A stretch of DNA of 64,000 nt from positions 12,594 through 76,593 of IMG/VR virus record IMGVR_UViG_3300049144_000052; one strand, given 5' to 3'. Each line of letters starts with the position of its first letter. The first letter of the stretch is position 1. This DNA is from a virus (taxonomy: Duplodnaviria; Caudoviricetes). This document shows positions 1-8,857 of the stretch, piece by piece. A program made the translations under genes and the position numbers. The notes under the pieces were generated by a model, which saw only the letters and a program-made list of their open reading frames with translations, was not told the origin of the DNA and ran no database searches.

Positions 1-57
1 ACCGTCGTCCGCATCCTCCAGGGACGGATGATCGTCTCACCGGAGGTGACCCGGTGA
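1..57 (+). CDS. 3' end of a truncated gene (..TVVRILQGRMIVSPEVTR*), probably a small virion fibre adaptor protein
   Basis: Open frame to TGA at 55-57, overlapping the next start (GTGA); the C-terminal motif resembles small phage beta-sandwich adaptor proteins. Confidence 0.45.
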   Translation, partial: TVVRILQGRMIVSPEVTR

Positions 58-1259
58 AGATCCAGGTCGTTGGCGAGAACCCCACCGACCGCATCGACGT
101 CGTCGGCGGCACCCCCTCGATGGTGATCGAAACCCACCCCGGGCTCGTCTGGTCCGTCATGGGGAAGACCGGCGCCGTCACCGGGTTGGCCCTCGCCGCC
201 GACGTCGTGGCCGTGCAGGCTGCTGCCGCGGCCGACGCCACCGCCAAGGTTGCCGCGCACGTCGCCGCCACCGACCCGCACGGGGACCGGGCCTGGGCGT
301 CCGGGCAGTTCCTGCCCCTCGCCGGCGGCAGCCTTACGGGCGCGGTCACCACGACCGGAGCCGTCACCGGGGCGTCGTTCAACACCGACGGCACCGTGAG
401 GTCGGGGAACTTCCGCACTCAGTCCGACACCGAGCACGCCCTGACCGTCTACCAGCGGGCCACCGGCACCTCACCCGGCAGCGTCGCCCTGAACGTGATC
501 TCGGACAAGCCGGGCGACAGCGCCATGTGGCTGACCGGCCACGAGTCCGCCCGCGGCACCCTGAAGATCGCCCACCTCAACCCAGGTTCCGGTGCGACGG
601 CGGATACCGGTTCGGCTGCGATCTCCATCGACCTGCAGCGCAACGGGCAGGGCGGCACCGCAGCGCAGGGGATCTTCCTCACCTCGACTGAAGGCCCGAC
701 CACCGGCCGGCTCCTGGTGCTGAGGAACTCGGATCCCAGCACGACGGACGACTTCGTCGTCAACGCGGCCGGTTTGACCGGCATCCGCATCCCCGTCGGC
801 AACGTGCCCGCCGCGGCCCTGGAAGTACGGCAGCGAGACACGTCGACGGTTGGTCTCCTCGTGCAGGGCGCCGCATCCACCGCGCAGCCGATGTTCCAGG
901 TCAAGACGTCCGGCGGGACCGCGACACTGGAAGTTGGCACGTCCGGGGCGATCGTCACCCGGGCGATCACGTTCTTCACGAACGCCCTCCAACTCGGCTC
1001 CACGTCTACCGACCTGGGCGGCTCCGGTGGCGCTGTCATATCGATGAAGGACGCCACGACGGCCCCAACGACGAACCCGACCGGCGGTGTCATCGCCTAC
1101 AGCCAGGGCGGCGTGTTCAAGGTCCGCAACGCGGCCGGCGTCGTCTTCGACACCACCAAACGCACCGTCACCGGCAGCCGAGGCGGCAACGCGGCGTTGG
1201 CGTCGCTGCTCACGCAGCTCGCCGCCATCGGACTGATCACCGACAGCAGCAGCGCATAA
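54..1259 (+). CDS. Fibre/spike protein with a hyaluronidase (HylP)-like triple beta-helix domain
   Basis: SVMGKTGAV fibre motif; ALNVISDKPGDSAMWLTGHESARGTLKIAHLNP..AAISIDLQRNGQGGTAAQGIFLTSTEGPTTGRLLVLRN parallels streptococcal phage HylP (ALNITS..GTLKITHENP..AALSIDIVK..GTAAQGIYINSTSG), compared from memory. Confidence 0.75.
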   Translation: MKIQVVGENPTDRIDVVGGTPSMVIETHPGLVWSVMGKTGAVTGLALAADVVAVQAAAAADATAKVAAHVAATDPHGDRAWASGQFLPLAGGSLTGAVTTTGAVTGASFNTDGTVRSGNFRTQSDTEHALTVYQRATGTSPGSVALNVISDKPGDSAMWLTGHESARGTLKIAHLNPGSGATADTGSAAISIDLQRNGQGGTAAQGIFLTSTEGPTTGRLLVLRNSDPSTTDDFVVNAAGLTGIRIPVGNVPAAALEVRQRDTSTVGLLVQGAASTAQPMFQVKTSGGTATLEVGTSGAIVTRAITFFTNALQLGSTSTDLGGSGGAVISMKDATTAPTTNPTGGVIAYSQGGVFKVRNAAGVVFDTTKRTVTGSRGGNAALASLLTQLAAIGLITDSSSA

Positions 1260-1283
1260 CCCCACACCGGAAGGCCCGCGCCC

Positions 1284-1547
1284 ATGGCCGACGAGAACGA
1301 CACCAGCCTCTTCCTGACCGTCAGCCAGACATCCGGCGTCGCGGTCAACCATCCGCCGCCGACCATAGTGATCAACGGGGATAACGGCTCCCCCCTCGTG
1401 AAGATCCACCCCGATGGGGCGCTGGAGTACGGGCCGAACTACGACCCCGACGAAGCCGCCCGTCGCTTCTGGGACTCCATGCGCCACTACCTGCCCACCC
1501 GCTGCCCCGGCTGTGGCCGCATCGGCCTGCTGGAGGGTCCGCAGTGA
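1284..1547 (+). CDS. hypothetical protein
   Basis: ORF in operon context, high-GC codon usage. Confidence 0.6.
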   Translation: MADENDTSLFLTVSQTSGVAVNHPPPTIVINGDNGSPLVKIHPDGALEYGPNYDPDEAARRFWDSMRHYLPTRCPGCGRIGLLEGPQ

Positions 1548-1717
1548 GCGACGAAATCCAGGACGCCACCGACCCCGTCATCAAGGCCCGCCGCACTGTT
1601 GAGGAGTACGAGCAGCAGCAGACCGAGGCGTGCCTTGCCGAGATCGAGCAGGTCCTCGCCAAGTACAGGCGGAAGCTCGTCATCACCCAGCCGCAGATCA
1701 CCATCGCCCCGTTGTAG
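1544..1717 (+). CDS. small hypothetical protein (MSDEIQDATDPVIKARR..)
   Basis: GTG overlaps the previous stop, GGAGGG upstream, TAG at 1715-1717. Confidence 0.55.
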   Translation: MSDEIQDATDPVIKARRTVEEYEQQQTEACLAEIEQVLAKYRRKLVITQPQITIAPL

Positions 1718-1727
1718 GAGGTGCGCC

Positions 1728-2438
1728 ATGGCCGACGACCTCCTCGTCATCATCCCCACCCGCGGCCGACCCCAGGCCATCCCGGAGATCATGCAAGCCT
1801 GGGATGACACCGGGGCCACCGCCGACGTGCTGTTCTGCGTCGACAAGGACGACCCCGAACTCGCCGCGTACAAGCAGCAGGCCAAGGCGCTGGCGGACGA
1901 CGAGCGGGTGCGGTTCGTGTACTGGGCGCGGAAGCGGCTCTGCGGCACCCTCAACCAGGCCGCCGTGAAGAACGCGGGCGGTTACCGGTTCCTCGCGTTC
2001 TTGGGTGACGATCACCGGCCGCGGCCCGCCGCAATGCCGTGGGACGCGCGGATCCGTGAATGCCTCAGCGGGGGACCCGGCATCGTCTACGGCAACGACC
2101 TCCTCCAAGGCGAGAAGATGGCGACCGCCGTCGCGATGACGTCGGACATCGTGACGACGCTCGACTACATGGCGCCGCCGCAGCTGGTGCACCTCTGCCT
2201 CGACCTGGTCTGGATCGACTGGGGCCGCGGCATGCAGCGGATCACGTACCTCGACGACATGGTTATCGAGCACCTCCACCCGGCGGCAGGCAAGGCCAGC
2301 CTCGACGCCGTCTACGAGGACTGCAACAGCCCCGAACGCTCCCAGGCCGACGGCGCCGCCTACATCGACTACCGCGACAACGGCGGCCTCGCCGCCGACC
2401 TGGACAAGCTGCGGAAGCTCATTGAGGAAGCCGGGTGA
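1728..2438 (+). CDS. GT-A fold (family 2-like) glycosyltransferase
   Basis: LVIIPTRGRP, LFCVDKDD and FLGDDH (DxD-like) motifs; AGGAGG RBS. Confidence 0.8.
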   Translation: MADDLLVIIPTRGRPQAIPEIMQAWDDTGATADVLFCVDKDDPELAAYKQQAKALADDERVRFVYWARKRLCGTLNQAAVKNAGGYRFLAFLGDDHRPRPAAMPWDARIRECLSGGPGIVYGNDLLQGEKMATAVAMTSDIVTTLDYMAPPQLVHLCLDLVWIDWGRGMQRITYLDDMVIEHLHPAAGKASLDAVYEDCNSPERSQADGAAYIDYRDNGGLAADLDKLRKLIEEAG

Positions 2439-2833
2439 CCGAGACGACCGCCTTCGGGATCCTCCTCGCCCACCTCGCCGGGGACTACCTCATCCAGTCG
2501 GATTGGATGGCGAACGAGAAGACGAAGCGCTGGTGGCCCGCATGGGCGCACGCCGTCACCTATGGCCTGCCGTTCCTGCTCGTCACCCAGTCGCCTCTCG
2601 CGCTCGCGGTCATCGTCGTCACGCACGCGGTGATCGACCACTACCGGCTGGCCCGGCACGTCGTGTGGGCGAAGAACTTCCTGGCCCCGCGCTCTTACTG
2701 GCATCCGTGGTCGGACTGTTCGACAACGGGCTACCACAAGGATCGCCCGGCGTGGCTGGCCGTCTGGCTGATGATCATCGCGGACAACGCGATCCACCTC
2801 GCGATCAACGCCGCTGCCGTCACCTGGCTCTAG
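2435..2833 (+). CDS. DUF3307-like membrane protein
   Basis: LAHLAGDYLIQSDWMA..K, HAVIDH and DNAIH motifs; hydrophobic segments. Confidence 0.7.
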   Translation: MTETTAFGILLAHLAGDYLIQSDWMANEKTKRWWPAWAHAVTYGLPFLLVTQSPLALAVIVVTHAVIDHYRLARHVVWAKNFLAPRSYWHPWSDCSTTGYHKDRPAWLAVWLMIIADNAIHLAINAAAVTWL

Positions 2834-2841
2834 GAGGTCTG

Positions 2842-3723
2842 ATGCGCGTCCTCCTCACCGGCGCTTCCGGGTTCGTCGGCCGCCACCTGCACCGGGCGCT
2901 CCTCGATCGCGGCGACGACGTCTTCGGCATCGATCTCAACGCCACCTCGCTAGTTCGAGGCGGTGACGCCCTCGACTTCTTCCGTGAAAGCGACGCTACC
3001 TTCGATCTCGCCATTCACTGCGCGGCGATCGTCGGCGGACGGGCCAGCATCGACGGCTCCCCGCTCGGCGTCGGCACCAACCTCGCCCTCGACGCTTGGT
3101 ACATGCGGTGGCTGATCCGCACCGGAACGCCGCGCGCCGTGTACTTCAGCTCGTCCGCCGCCTATCCCATCGCGCTTCAGCAGCCCGGCGACGTGCGGCG
3201 CCTGTACGAAGAGGACATCAACCTCGCGTACATGGAAGAACCCGACGCAAGCTACGGCTGGGCGAAGCTGACCGGGGAGAAGCTCGCGTCCTACGCCGAA
3301 GCCGAAGGCTGCCGCATCCTCATCCCCCGCCCCTTCAGTGGCTATGGCGAGGATCAGGCGGACTGCTACCCGTTCCCCGCGTTCATCGCCCGCGCCAAAC
3401 GACGCGACGACCCGTTCGAAATCTGGGGCGACGGTAGCAGTACGAGGGATTGGATCCACATCTCGGACCTGGTGGGCGCCACCCTCGCGCTCCTCGACGC
3501 CGACGTCACCGGACCGGTCAACCTCGGCTGGGGACGGGCAACCAGCTTCGACGACCTTGCCCACATCGTGTGCACAGCCGCCGGCTACATGCCGCAGTAC
3601 AAGCACCGGCACGACGCCCCCCAAGGCGTCCACCACCGCGTCAGCGACCCGTCCCGCATGCTCAACCACTACGTGCCCACGATCACGCTCGAAGAAGGCG
3701 TGCGGCGGGCGCTCAACACCTGA
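2842..3723 (+). CDS. NAD-dependent NDP-sugar epimerase/dehydratase (extended SDR)
   Basis: TGASGFVG (GxxGxxG), FSSSAAY and YGWAK (YxxxK); AGGAGG RBS. Confidence 0.9.
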   Translation: MRVLLTGASGFVGRHLHRALLDRGDDVFGIDLNATSLVRGGDALDFFRESDATFDLAIHCAAIVGGRASIDGSPLGVGTNLALDAWYMRWLIRTGTPRAVYFSSSAAYPIALQQPGDVRRLYEEDINLAYMEEPDASYGWAKLTGEKLASYAEAEGCRILIPRPFSGYGEDQADCYPFPAFIARAKRRDDPFEIWGDGSSTRDWIHISDLVGATLALLDADVTGPVNLGWGRATSFDDLAHIVCTAAGYMPQYKHRHDAPQGVHHRVSDPSRMLNHYVPTITLEEGVRRALNT

Positions 3724-3738
3724 TCCACGGAGGCCCCC

Positions 3739-4005
3739 ATGCGTCGGCGACTGTCACCCGAAGAGATCGAAGCCGCCGAGGCAGCAGCACCTAAGGGCGT
3801 CGACATCGAGATCCTCGATCGGGCCCGCAGTGACATCGGCGTGATCGCACCCAGCGCGGTCCGCATCAACGGCACCGAGATCCCGATCCCAGGCGGGACG
3901 AAGATCCAGGTGCACGAGATCAGCGAAGACGAACTCGTCACCATCACCCTGACCGTCTTCGCCCGCAGCGTCTCCATCCGCCACGAACCGCCGCCCACCG
4001 ACTGA
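3739..4005 (+). CDS. hypothetical protein
   Basis: GGAGG RBS, operon context. Confidence 0.6.
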   Translation: MRRRLSPEEIEAAEAAAPKGVDIEILDRARSDIGVIAPSAVRINGTEIPIPGGTKIQVHEISEDELVTITLTVFARSVSIRHEPPPTD

Positions 4006-4027
4006 CTCGCACCCTGGAGCCCGCGCC

Positions 4028-4381
4028 ATGGCCCGCCTGCAGATCCTCGAACTCCCCACCATCTACCGCGACGAGGGCCCCGACGAGACCCCGTACATCC
4101 TCGTCATCGACCAGGTCGACGACGAAACAGCCGCCGACATTGCCCGCTGGCCAGACGACATCGCGAAGCGCACCGGCGCCCGCCACGTCCTCTGCTTCAC
4201 CGAAACCGTCGACATCCCCGCCAACGAGACACCGGTCGTGATCGACGAAGCGTTCAAGAGGGACGTGCAAGAGTGGGCCGAAGGCACGAACGGGACGCTC
4301 GGCCGCATCGTTGAAGCAATCAGCCACCCTAGGAAGCGCCCGATGCGGGACGCCGGTAACCACGCCGTCCCCGATGCCTGA
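4028..4381 (+). CDS. hypothetical protein
   Basis: GGAG RBS, operon context. Confidence 0.6.
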   Translation: MARLQILELPTIYRDEGPDETPYILVIDQVDDETAADIARWPDDIAKRTGARHVLCFTETVDIPANETPVVIDEAFKRDVQEWAEGTNGTLGRIVEAISHPRKRPMRDAGNHAVPDA

Positions 4382-4580
4382 CGTGACGGTGAAGCTGTCC
4401 GACGGCATTCGCGAAATCACCGTCGAGATCAACGGCAGCAGCGACGACCCGCTCGCGCGCGCCGAGGAGGCAGCAGCCCGGCTGTACGGAGTCGCCACCG
4501 CAGGCAGTCCAGCCGACCGGCGAACCGGCTTCGGCGGATGGGCACTCGGCAGCGACACTGAACGCAGCCCCGAGGAGTAG
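4374..4580 (+). CDS. hypothetical protein (MPDVTVKLSDG..)
   Basis: Start overlaps the previous gene end. Confidence 0.55.
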   Translation: MPDVTVKLSDGIREITVEINGSSDDPLARAEEAAARLYGVATAGSPADRRTGFGGWALGSDTERSPEE

Positions 4581-4583
4581 ACG

Positions 4584-4877
4584 ATGGCCGGAGGCTGGTC
4601 CTCATCGAACCGCAAGGCGAGGCTCCCGTCCGGGTGGGCCCGCATCCGCGCCGAGATTCTGGCCCGCGACGTGACCTGCCAAATCTGCCACGTCAGGCCG
4701 TCCACGCACTGCGATCACATCGTGGCCAAGGCGGACCGGAACGGTCCATCGGATCTTCAGGGCGTTTGCGGCCCCTGCCATGATCAGAAGTCCAGCCGCG
4801 AAGGGAATGACGCGCAGCGCGCCAACCCGAAGCCTGGACGGCGCCGGCCCGACGAACCGCACCCCGGACTGAGGTGA
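4584..4877 (+). CDS. small HNH endonuclease (packaging-associated, HK97 gp74-like)
   Basis: RDVTCQIC..DHIVA..LQGVCGPCHDQKS; lies upstream of the terminase genes. Confidence 0.85.
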   Translation: MAGGWSSSNRKARLPSGWARIRAEILARDVTCQICHVRPSTHCDHIVAKADRNGPSDLQGVCGPCHDQKSSREGNDAQRANPKPGRRRPDEPHPGLR

Positions 4878-4881
4878 CGCG

Positions 4882-5151
4882 ATGCGCGAGTCCTTCACGG
4901 TCTTCACTGACGAGGGCGTGGACCTCTCGGAGGCCGCAGCCCTGATCGCGGTGCTGCGTCGATGCACGGCAAACGGCACGAGTCTGGCCGACGAGCCGAA
5001 CATTAAGATCGACCGCGTCTACATCTTCAGCGGCGAAGGGGACGAGGAAGACGTCCCGCGTGACCTAGCAGATCTTGACGCCTGGTCTGTTGAGTACACG
5101 CCCGCACCTCGGATTCCGCATAGGCGGTGGGTATGCCCGCCTACCTGGTAG
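4882..5151 (+). CDS. hypothetical protein
   Basis: GAGGTG RBS, operon context. Confidence 0.45.
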   Translation: MRESFTVFTDEGVDLSEAAALIAVLRRCTANGTSLADEPNIKIDRVYIFSGEGDEEDVPRDLADLDAWSVEYTPAPRIPHRRWVCPPTW

Positions 5152-5363
5152 TCCACGCGGAACGACGCGGCGACGACACCGTCATCGAAGACCCCGACCT
5201 CACCGTCGAGTTCACCGACGGCTGGGTCCTCTTCAAAGACCGCGACCTGATGAAGCCCAACCGGGTCGCGCTCGCCATCCCCGCCACGCAAATCCTCCGC
5301 GTCGAACGGGTAGACGAGAAACAAGACCCCCAACACGAGGAGCCCGCGCCGCAGAAGGAGTGA
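5127..5363 (+). CDS. hypothetical protein
   Basis: ORF with phage-like codon usage. Confidence 0.55.
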   Translation: MGMPAYLVVHAERRGDDTVIEDPDLTVEFTDGWVLFKDRDLMKPNRVALAIPATQILRVERVDEKQDPQHEEPAPQKE

Positions 5364-5626
5364 GAGCTGTGGCAAGCCGAGGCAAAAGCAGCCGGCGCAT
5401 CGTCCGCGAAGGCCGGCGGTACTGGAGCGACCGGCCCACCAGCGGAGGCAAAGCAGCCGGCATCGGCTACGGACTCCGCACCGGATCGTTCACACGCTGC
5501 GTATCCCGCGTGCAGCGCTTCATGGGGCCCAGGGCGCGCGGGTACTGCGCCCTTCGCTTCCACGAGGCGACCGGTGCATGGCCCGGGTCAAAAGCCAACC
5601 GGGGATCCAAAGGACGACGTAGCTAA
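5360..5626 (+). CDS. small basic protein with FTRC..GYCALRFHEATGAWPG motif
   Basis: GTG overlaps the previous stop; motif recalled from actinophage hypothetical proteins. Confidence 0.6.
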   Translation: MRAVASRGKSSRRIVREGRRYWSDRPTSGGKAAGIGYGLRTGSFTRCVSRVQRFMGPRARGYCALRFHEATGAWPGSKANRGSKGRRS

Positions 5627-5744
5627 GCCAACTACCGCCTGCGCCGGGTGAGTTGGCCTGGGAGAATGGGACAAAGAACCCCGGCGAGTGCTGCGAACAC
5701 TCCCGGGGCCACGGCCAGCCCTGACACCACAGACCAGGACCGAC

Positions 5745-6635
5745 ATGACCCAGGCTATACGCCCCGAGTTCATCAGCTGCGCCCGATGCGGATCCGAGAA
5801 GAAGGTCGGGCAGCGCGGCCCCATTCCAGTCTTCTGCTCAGGCGCATGCCGGGCCGGCAACAAGAACGACCGTCGCATAGATATCGAATGCACGCACTGC
5901 GGCCAGCCCGCCAGTGTTCGCGACGGCACCCGGTACTGCTCGTCCCGCTGCCGGAACGCCGGCAGCTATCGGGCCGCCCGGGAGGATGGGCGATACGACG
6001 CCGCCCTGGCAAAGTCCCGCGAGGCTACCGCCCACCGGCAAGCCGCCAATGCGCGACCTTGTCCCTACTGCGGCGATCCCATGCTGAACCCGAGACGAGT
6101 CCAGTGCGGCGAGCCAGACTGCAAGCGGGCATTCCAGCGCGATCGAGTACGCAAGTGGCACCGCGAATACCAGGCCAAGAACGGCCAGTGGTACGGGGCT
6201 GCCAACTACGCCGAGCAGCAGCGCGAGTACAGCCGACGTCGGTACCGCGAGATGCCTCACTGGCGAGAGAGGTATCCGGAAGTGGCGGCACTTGCTGACG
6301 CACGTCGGCGCATGCTCATCCAACAGGCAGACCAAGGCGAGCGGTTCGCCCCTATCGAGGTGTACGAGCGGGACGGCTGGACGTGCGGGTTGTGCCAGCT
6401 GCCGGTGGACCCAGGTCTGCCGTGGCCGGACCCCGTGAGCGCCTCGGTGGACCACATCCTTCCTCTGTCCCAAGGCGGATCGCACACGCTTGCCAACGTG
6501 CAATGTGCTCATCTGAGCTGCAACAGTCGGAAGTGCGATCGATTCGATTTAGTCCAAGCGGACGGACATCAGAATGATCTAGCTGCCCGCTCGGAGACTT
6601 CCGATGGGATGGATCAAGAATCCACCCAACCATGA
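5745..6635 (+). CDS. HNH endonuclease with N-terminal Cys-rich zinc modules (homing-type)
   Basis: CARC..FCSGAC, CTHC..YCSSRC, CPYC..; C-terminal YERDGWTCGLC..SVDHILPLSQGGSHTLANVQCAHLSCNSRK. Confidence 0.85.
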   Translation: MTQAIRPEFISCARCGSEKKVGQRGPIPVFCSGACRAGNKNDRRIDIECTHCGQPASVRDGTRYCSSRCRNAGSYRAAREDGRYDAALAKSREATAHRQAANARPCPYCGDPMLNPRRVQCGEPDCKRAFQRDRVRKWHREYQAKNGQWYGAANYAEQQREYSRRRYREMPHWRERYPEVAALADARRRMLIQQADQGERFAPIEVYERDGWTCGLCQLPVDPGLPWPDPVSASVDHILPLSQGGSHTLANVQCAHLSCNSRKCDRFDLVQADGHQNDLAARSETSDGMDQESTQP

Positions 6636-6744
6636 TCACCTGGGGCAAGATCCCCTTCCCATGATCCTTTCGGATCGGGGCCGTGTACGCGCTAAGGCCG
6701 AGGACGGGTCTGGGGACTTTGAGATCTTGAGGGAGGTGGGTTCC
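6636..6744. other. candidate cos/packaging-initiation region
   Basis: Non-coding gap between HNH and terS; the + strand turns from C-rich to G-rich near here (visual impression). Cut site not identifiable. Confidence 0.35.
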
Positions 6745-7224
6745 GTGGCTGGTCGCGGCCCACAGCCGAAGGATCCGTCGCGCCGGGCCCGAGGGAACAA
6801 GGACCCGATCGCCCAGACCGTTCTGCGCTTCGAGCATGCGGAGCCGCCCGAGTTGCCGACCCTGTCGGTGCTGAAGGATGGCGAACTGGTCGAGTACGCG
6901 TGGCCGGCGAGGACGTTGGACTGGTGGGAGATGTGGAAAGCGTCGCCTCAGGCGGAGCACTTCTCGTCGACCGACTGGGACTTTCTGCTCGACACCGCCG
7001 TTGTGCACGCCCGGTTGTGGTCGGGGGAGATGTCGGCGGCGGCCGAGCTCCGGTTGCGGGTGGCGAAGTTCGGCGCGACTCCGGAGGACCGGGCCAGGTT
7101 GCGGATGCAGTTCGCTCAGGCCGATGAGGCGGACAGTAAGCGTCCTGAGGGTGGGCGGTCGGCGAGGGAGAGGCGCGGGGTTCTGCGGGCGCTGCCGCCC
7201 CCGGAGGAAGCGTCGGGGGGCTGA
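6745..7224 (+). CDS. terS: terminase small subunit
   Basis: MAGRGPQPKDPSRRAR.., WSSTDW..LRLRVAKFGATPEDRARLR; GGAGGT RBS; directly upstream of terL. Confidence 0.8.
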   Translation: MAGRGPQPKDPSRRARGNKDPIAQTVLRFEHAEPPELPTLSVLKDGELVEYAWPARTLDWWEMWKASPQAEHFSSTDWDFLLDTAVVHARLWSGEMSAAAELRLRVAKFGATPEDRARLRMQFAQADEADSKRPEGGRSARERRGVLRALPPPEEASGG

Positions 7225-7225
7225 C

Positions 7226-8857
7226 ATGCCGTGGAAGCCGCCAGAACCGGGGGCGGTGCCGTCCCTGGGGTTCGAGGTCATTGACTGGATCTCGGAGATG
7301 CTGGCGGCTCCGGACCGCGGCGAGTACGAGCCGTTCCTGCTGTACCCGGAGCAGGAAGACTTCGTCCTTCGCTACTACGAGATCAACCCTCACACCGGCA
7401 AGCGTCGCTTCCGGCGAGGCGTCATCAGCCGGCCGCGCGGCTGGGGCAAATCGCCGTTCCTGGCCGCCCTGGCGATCGTCGAGGCACTCGGCCCGGTGGT
7501 CCCGGATGGCTGGGACGCGGACGGTCAGCCGGTGGGCAAACCGTGGTCTGAGGTGCGAACTCCGCTGGTGCAGATCGCGGCTGTGTCGGAGACGCAGACG
7601 AAGAACACGTGGGCGCCGTTGCTGGAGATGCTGCAAGGTCCGGTGCTTGAGGAGTATCCGGGGCTAGAGCCCTTGGACTCCTTTGTGAATCTGCCGCGGG
7701 GCCGGATCGAGCCGATCACGTCGTCGGCTCGGACAGTGAAGGGCAATAAGCCTGTATTCGCGGTTCTTGACCAGACCGAGGAGTGGGTGCGGTCGAACAA
7801 CGGGTTGCGCCTGGCGGAGACGATGCGGATCAACGCAGCGAAGGTCGGCGGCACAACGATCGAATCTCCGAACGCGTACATCCCGGGTGAGGGGTCGGTT
7901 GCCGAGGAGTCGGCGGCGTTCTGGACGAAGATTCGTGAGGGTCGGGCGAAGGATGACGGCCTCTACTACGACCATCGTGAAGCACCGCCCGAGACTGATC
8001 TGACGGACCGGCAGTCATTGATCGCTGGGCTCGCGTACACCTACGGGGACTCAGCTGATCGCAACGGCGGGCATGTCGACCTGGACACGATCGTGGCAAC
8101 GATCTGGGATCCGAGTACTGACCCTCAGACGTCGCGGGCGGACTTCCTCAACCAGATCACGCACGCCTCCGACTCGTGGATCTCTCAGCCCGAGTGGGCT
8201 GGTGTCGCGGCGCCGGACAAGGTGGTGGGGCACGGCGAGGAGATCGTTCTCGGGTTCGACGGCTCGCGGCGCCGTAATCGCGGTGTCACGGACGCTACGG
8301 CCCTCGTCGGGTGCCGGGTGTCGGACGGCCATCTTTTCCTTGTGGACTGCTGGGAGCAGCCAGATGGGCCGTTCGGTCAGGACTGGCAGGTGCCCACGGT
8401 GGAAGTGCTGGCGAAGGTCGAGGAGGCGTTCCGCGACTACAAGGTCGTCGGGATGTACGCGGACCCTGCCCGCTGGGAGTCCCACGTTGCGAAGTGGGAG
8501 GCCGAACACGGCCGCCGGTTGAAGCTGAAGGCTTCAGCCCAGCATCCGATCGAGTGGTGGATGACGGGCGGCCGATCCTTCCAGATTGTTCGGGCGCTGG
8601 AGAAGTTCCGGTCGAGCGTCGTGGATGGCGAACTGTCGCACGACGGGTCGAGCGTCCTCACGCGGCACATCCTGAATGCCCGGCGGCGTGAGTCGCGGAG
8701 CGGCATCCAGATCATGAAGGAGCACCCGGATAGCGCACGGAAGATCGATGCCGCTGTTGCGGCAGTTCTCGCCTGGCAATGCCGCGTGGACGCCATGGCC
8801 AAGGGGCTCGGCCGCAAGAAGGCCAGCAAGTCGGGACGGGTGGTGGTGCTGCGGTGA
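7226..8857 (+). CDS. terL: terminase large subunit
   Basis: Walker A RPRGWGKS, Walker B-like VLDQTE, nuclease LGFDGS..D and KIDAAVA. Confidence 0.95.
   Translation: MPWKPPEPGAVPSLGFEVIDWISEMLAAPDRGEYEPFLLYPEQEDFVLRYYEINPHTGKRRFRRGVISRPRGWGKSPFLAALAIVEALGPVVPDGWDADGQPVGKPWSEVRTPLVQIAAVSETQTKNTWAPLLEMLQGPVLEEYPGLEPLDSFVNLPRGRIEPITSSARTVKGNKPVFAVLDQTEEWVRSNNGLRLAETMRINAAKVGGTTIESPNAYIPGEGSVAEESAAFWTKIREGRAKDDGLYYDHREAPPETDLTDRQSLIAGLAYTYGDSADRNGGHVDLDTIVATIWDPSTDPQTSRADFLNQITHASDSWISQPEWAGVAAPDKVVGHGEEIVLGFDGSRRRNRGVTDATALVGCRVSDGHLFLVDCWEQPDGPFGQDWQVPTVEVLAKVEEAFRDYKVVGMYADPARWESHVAKWEAEHGRRLKLKASAQHPIEWWMTGGRSFQIVRALEKFRSSVVDGELSHDGSSVLTRHILNARRRESRSGIQIMKEHPDSARKIDAAVAAVLAWQCRVDAMAKGLGRKKASKSGRVVVLR

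Noticed and set aside
1251-1260. Second copy of the dif-like left arm (AGCGCATAAC)
   Set aside because: It is the stop-codon context of the fibre gene and has no matching right arm
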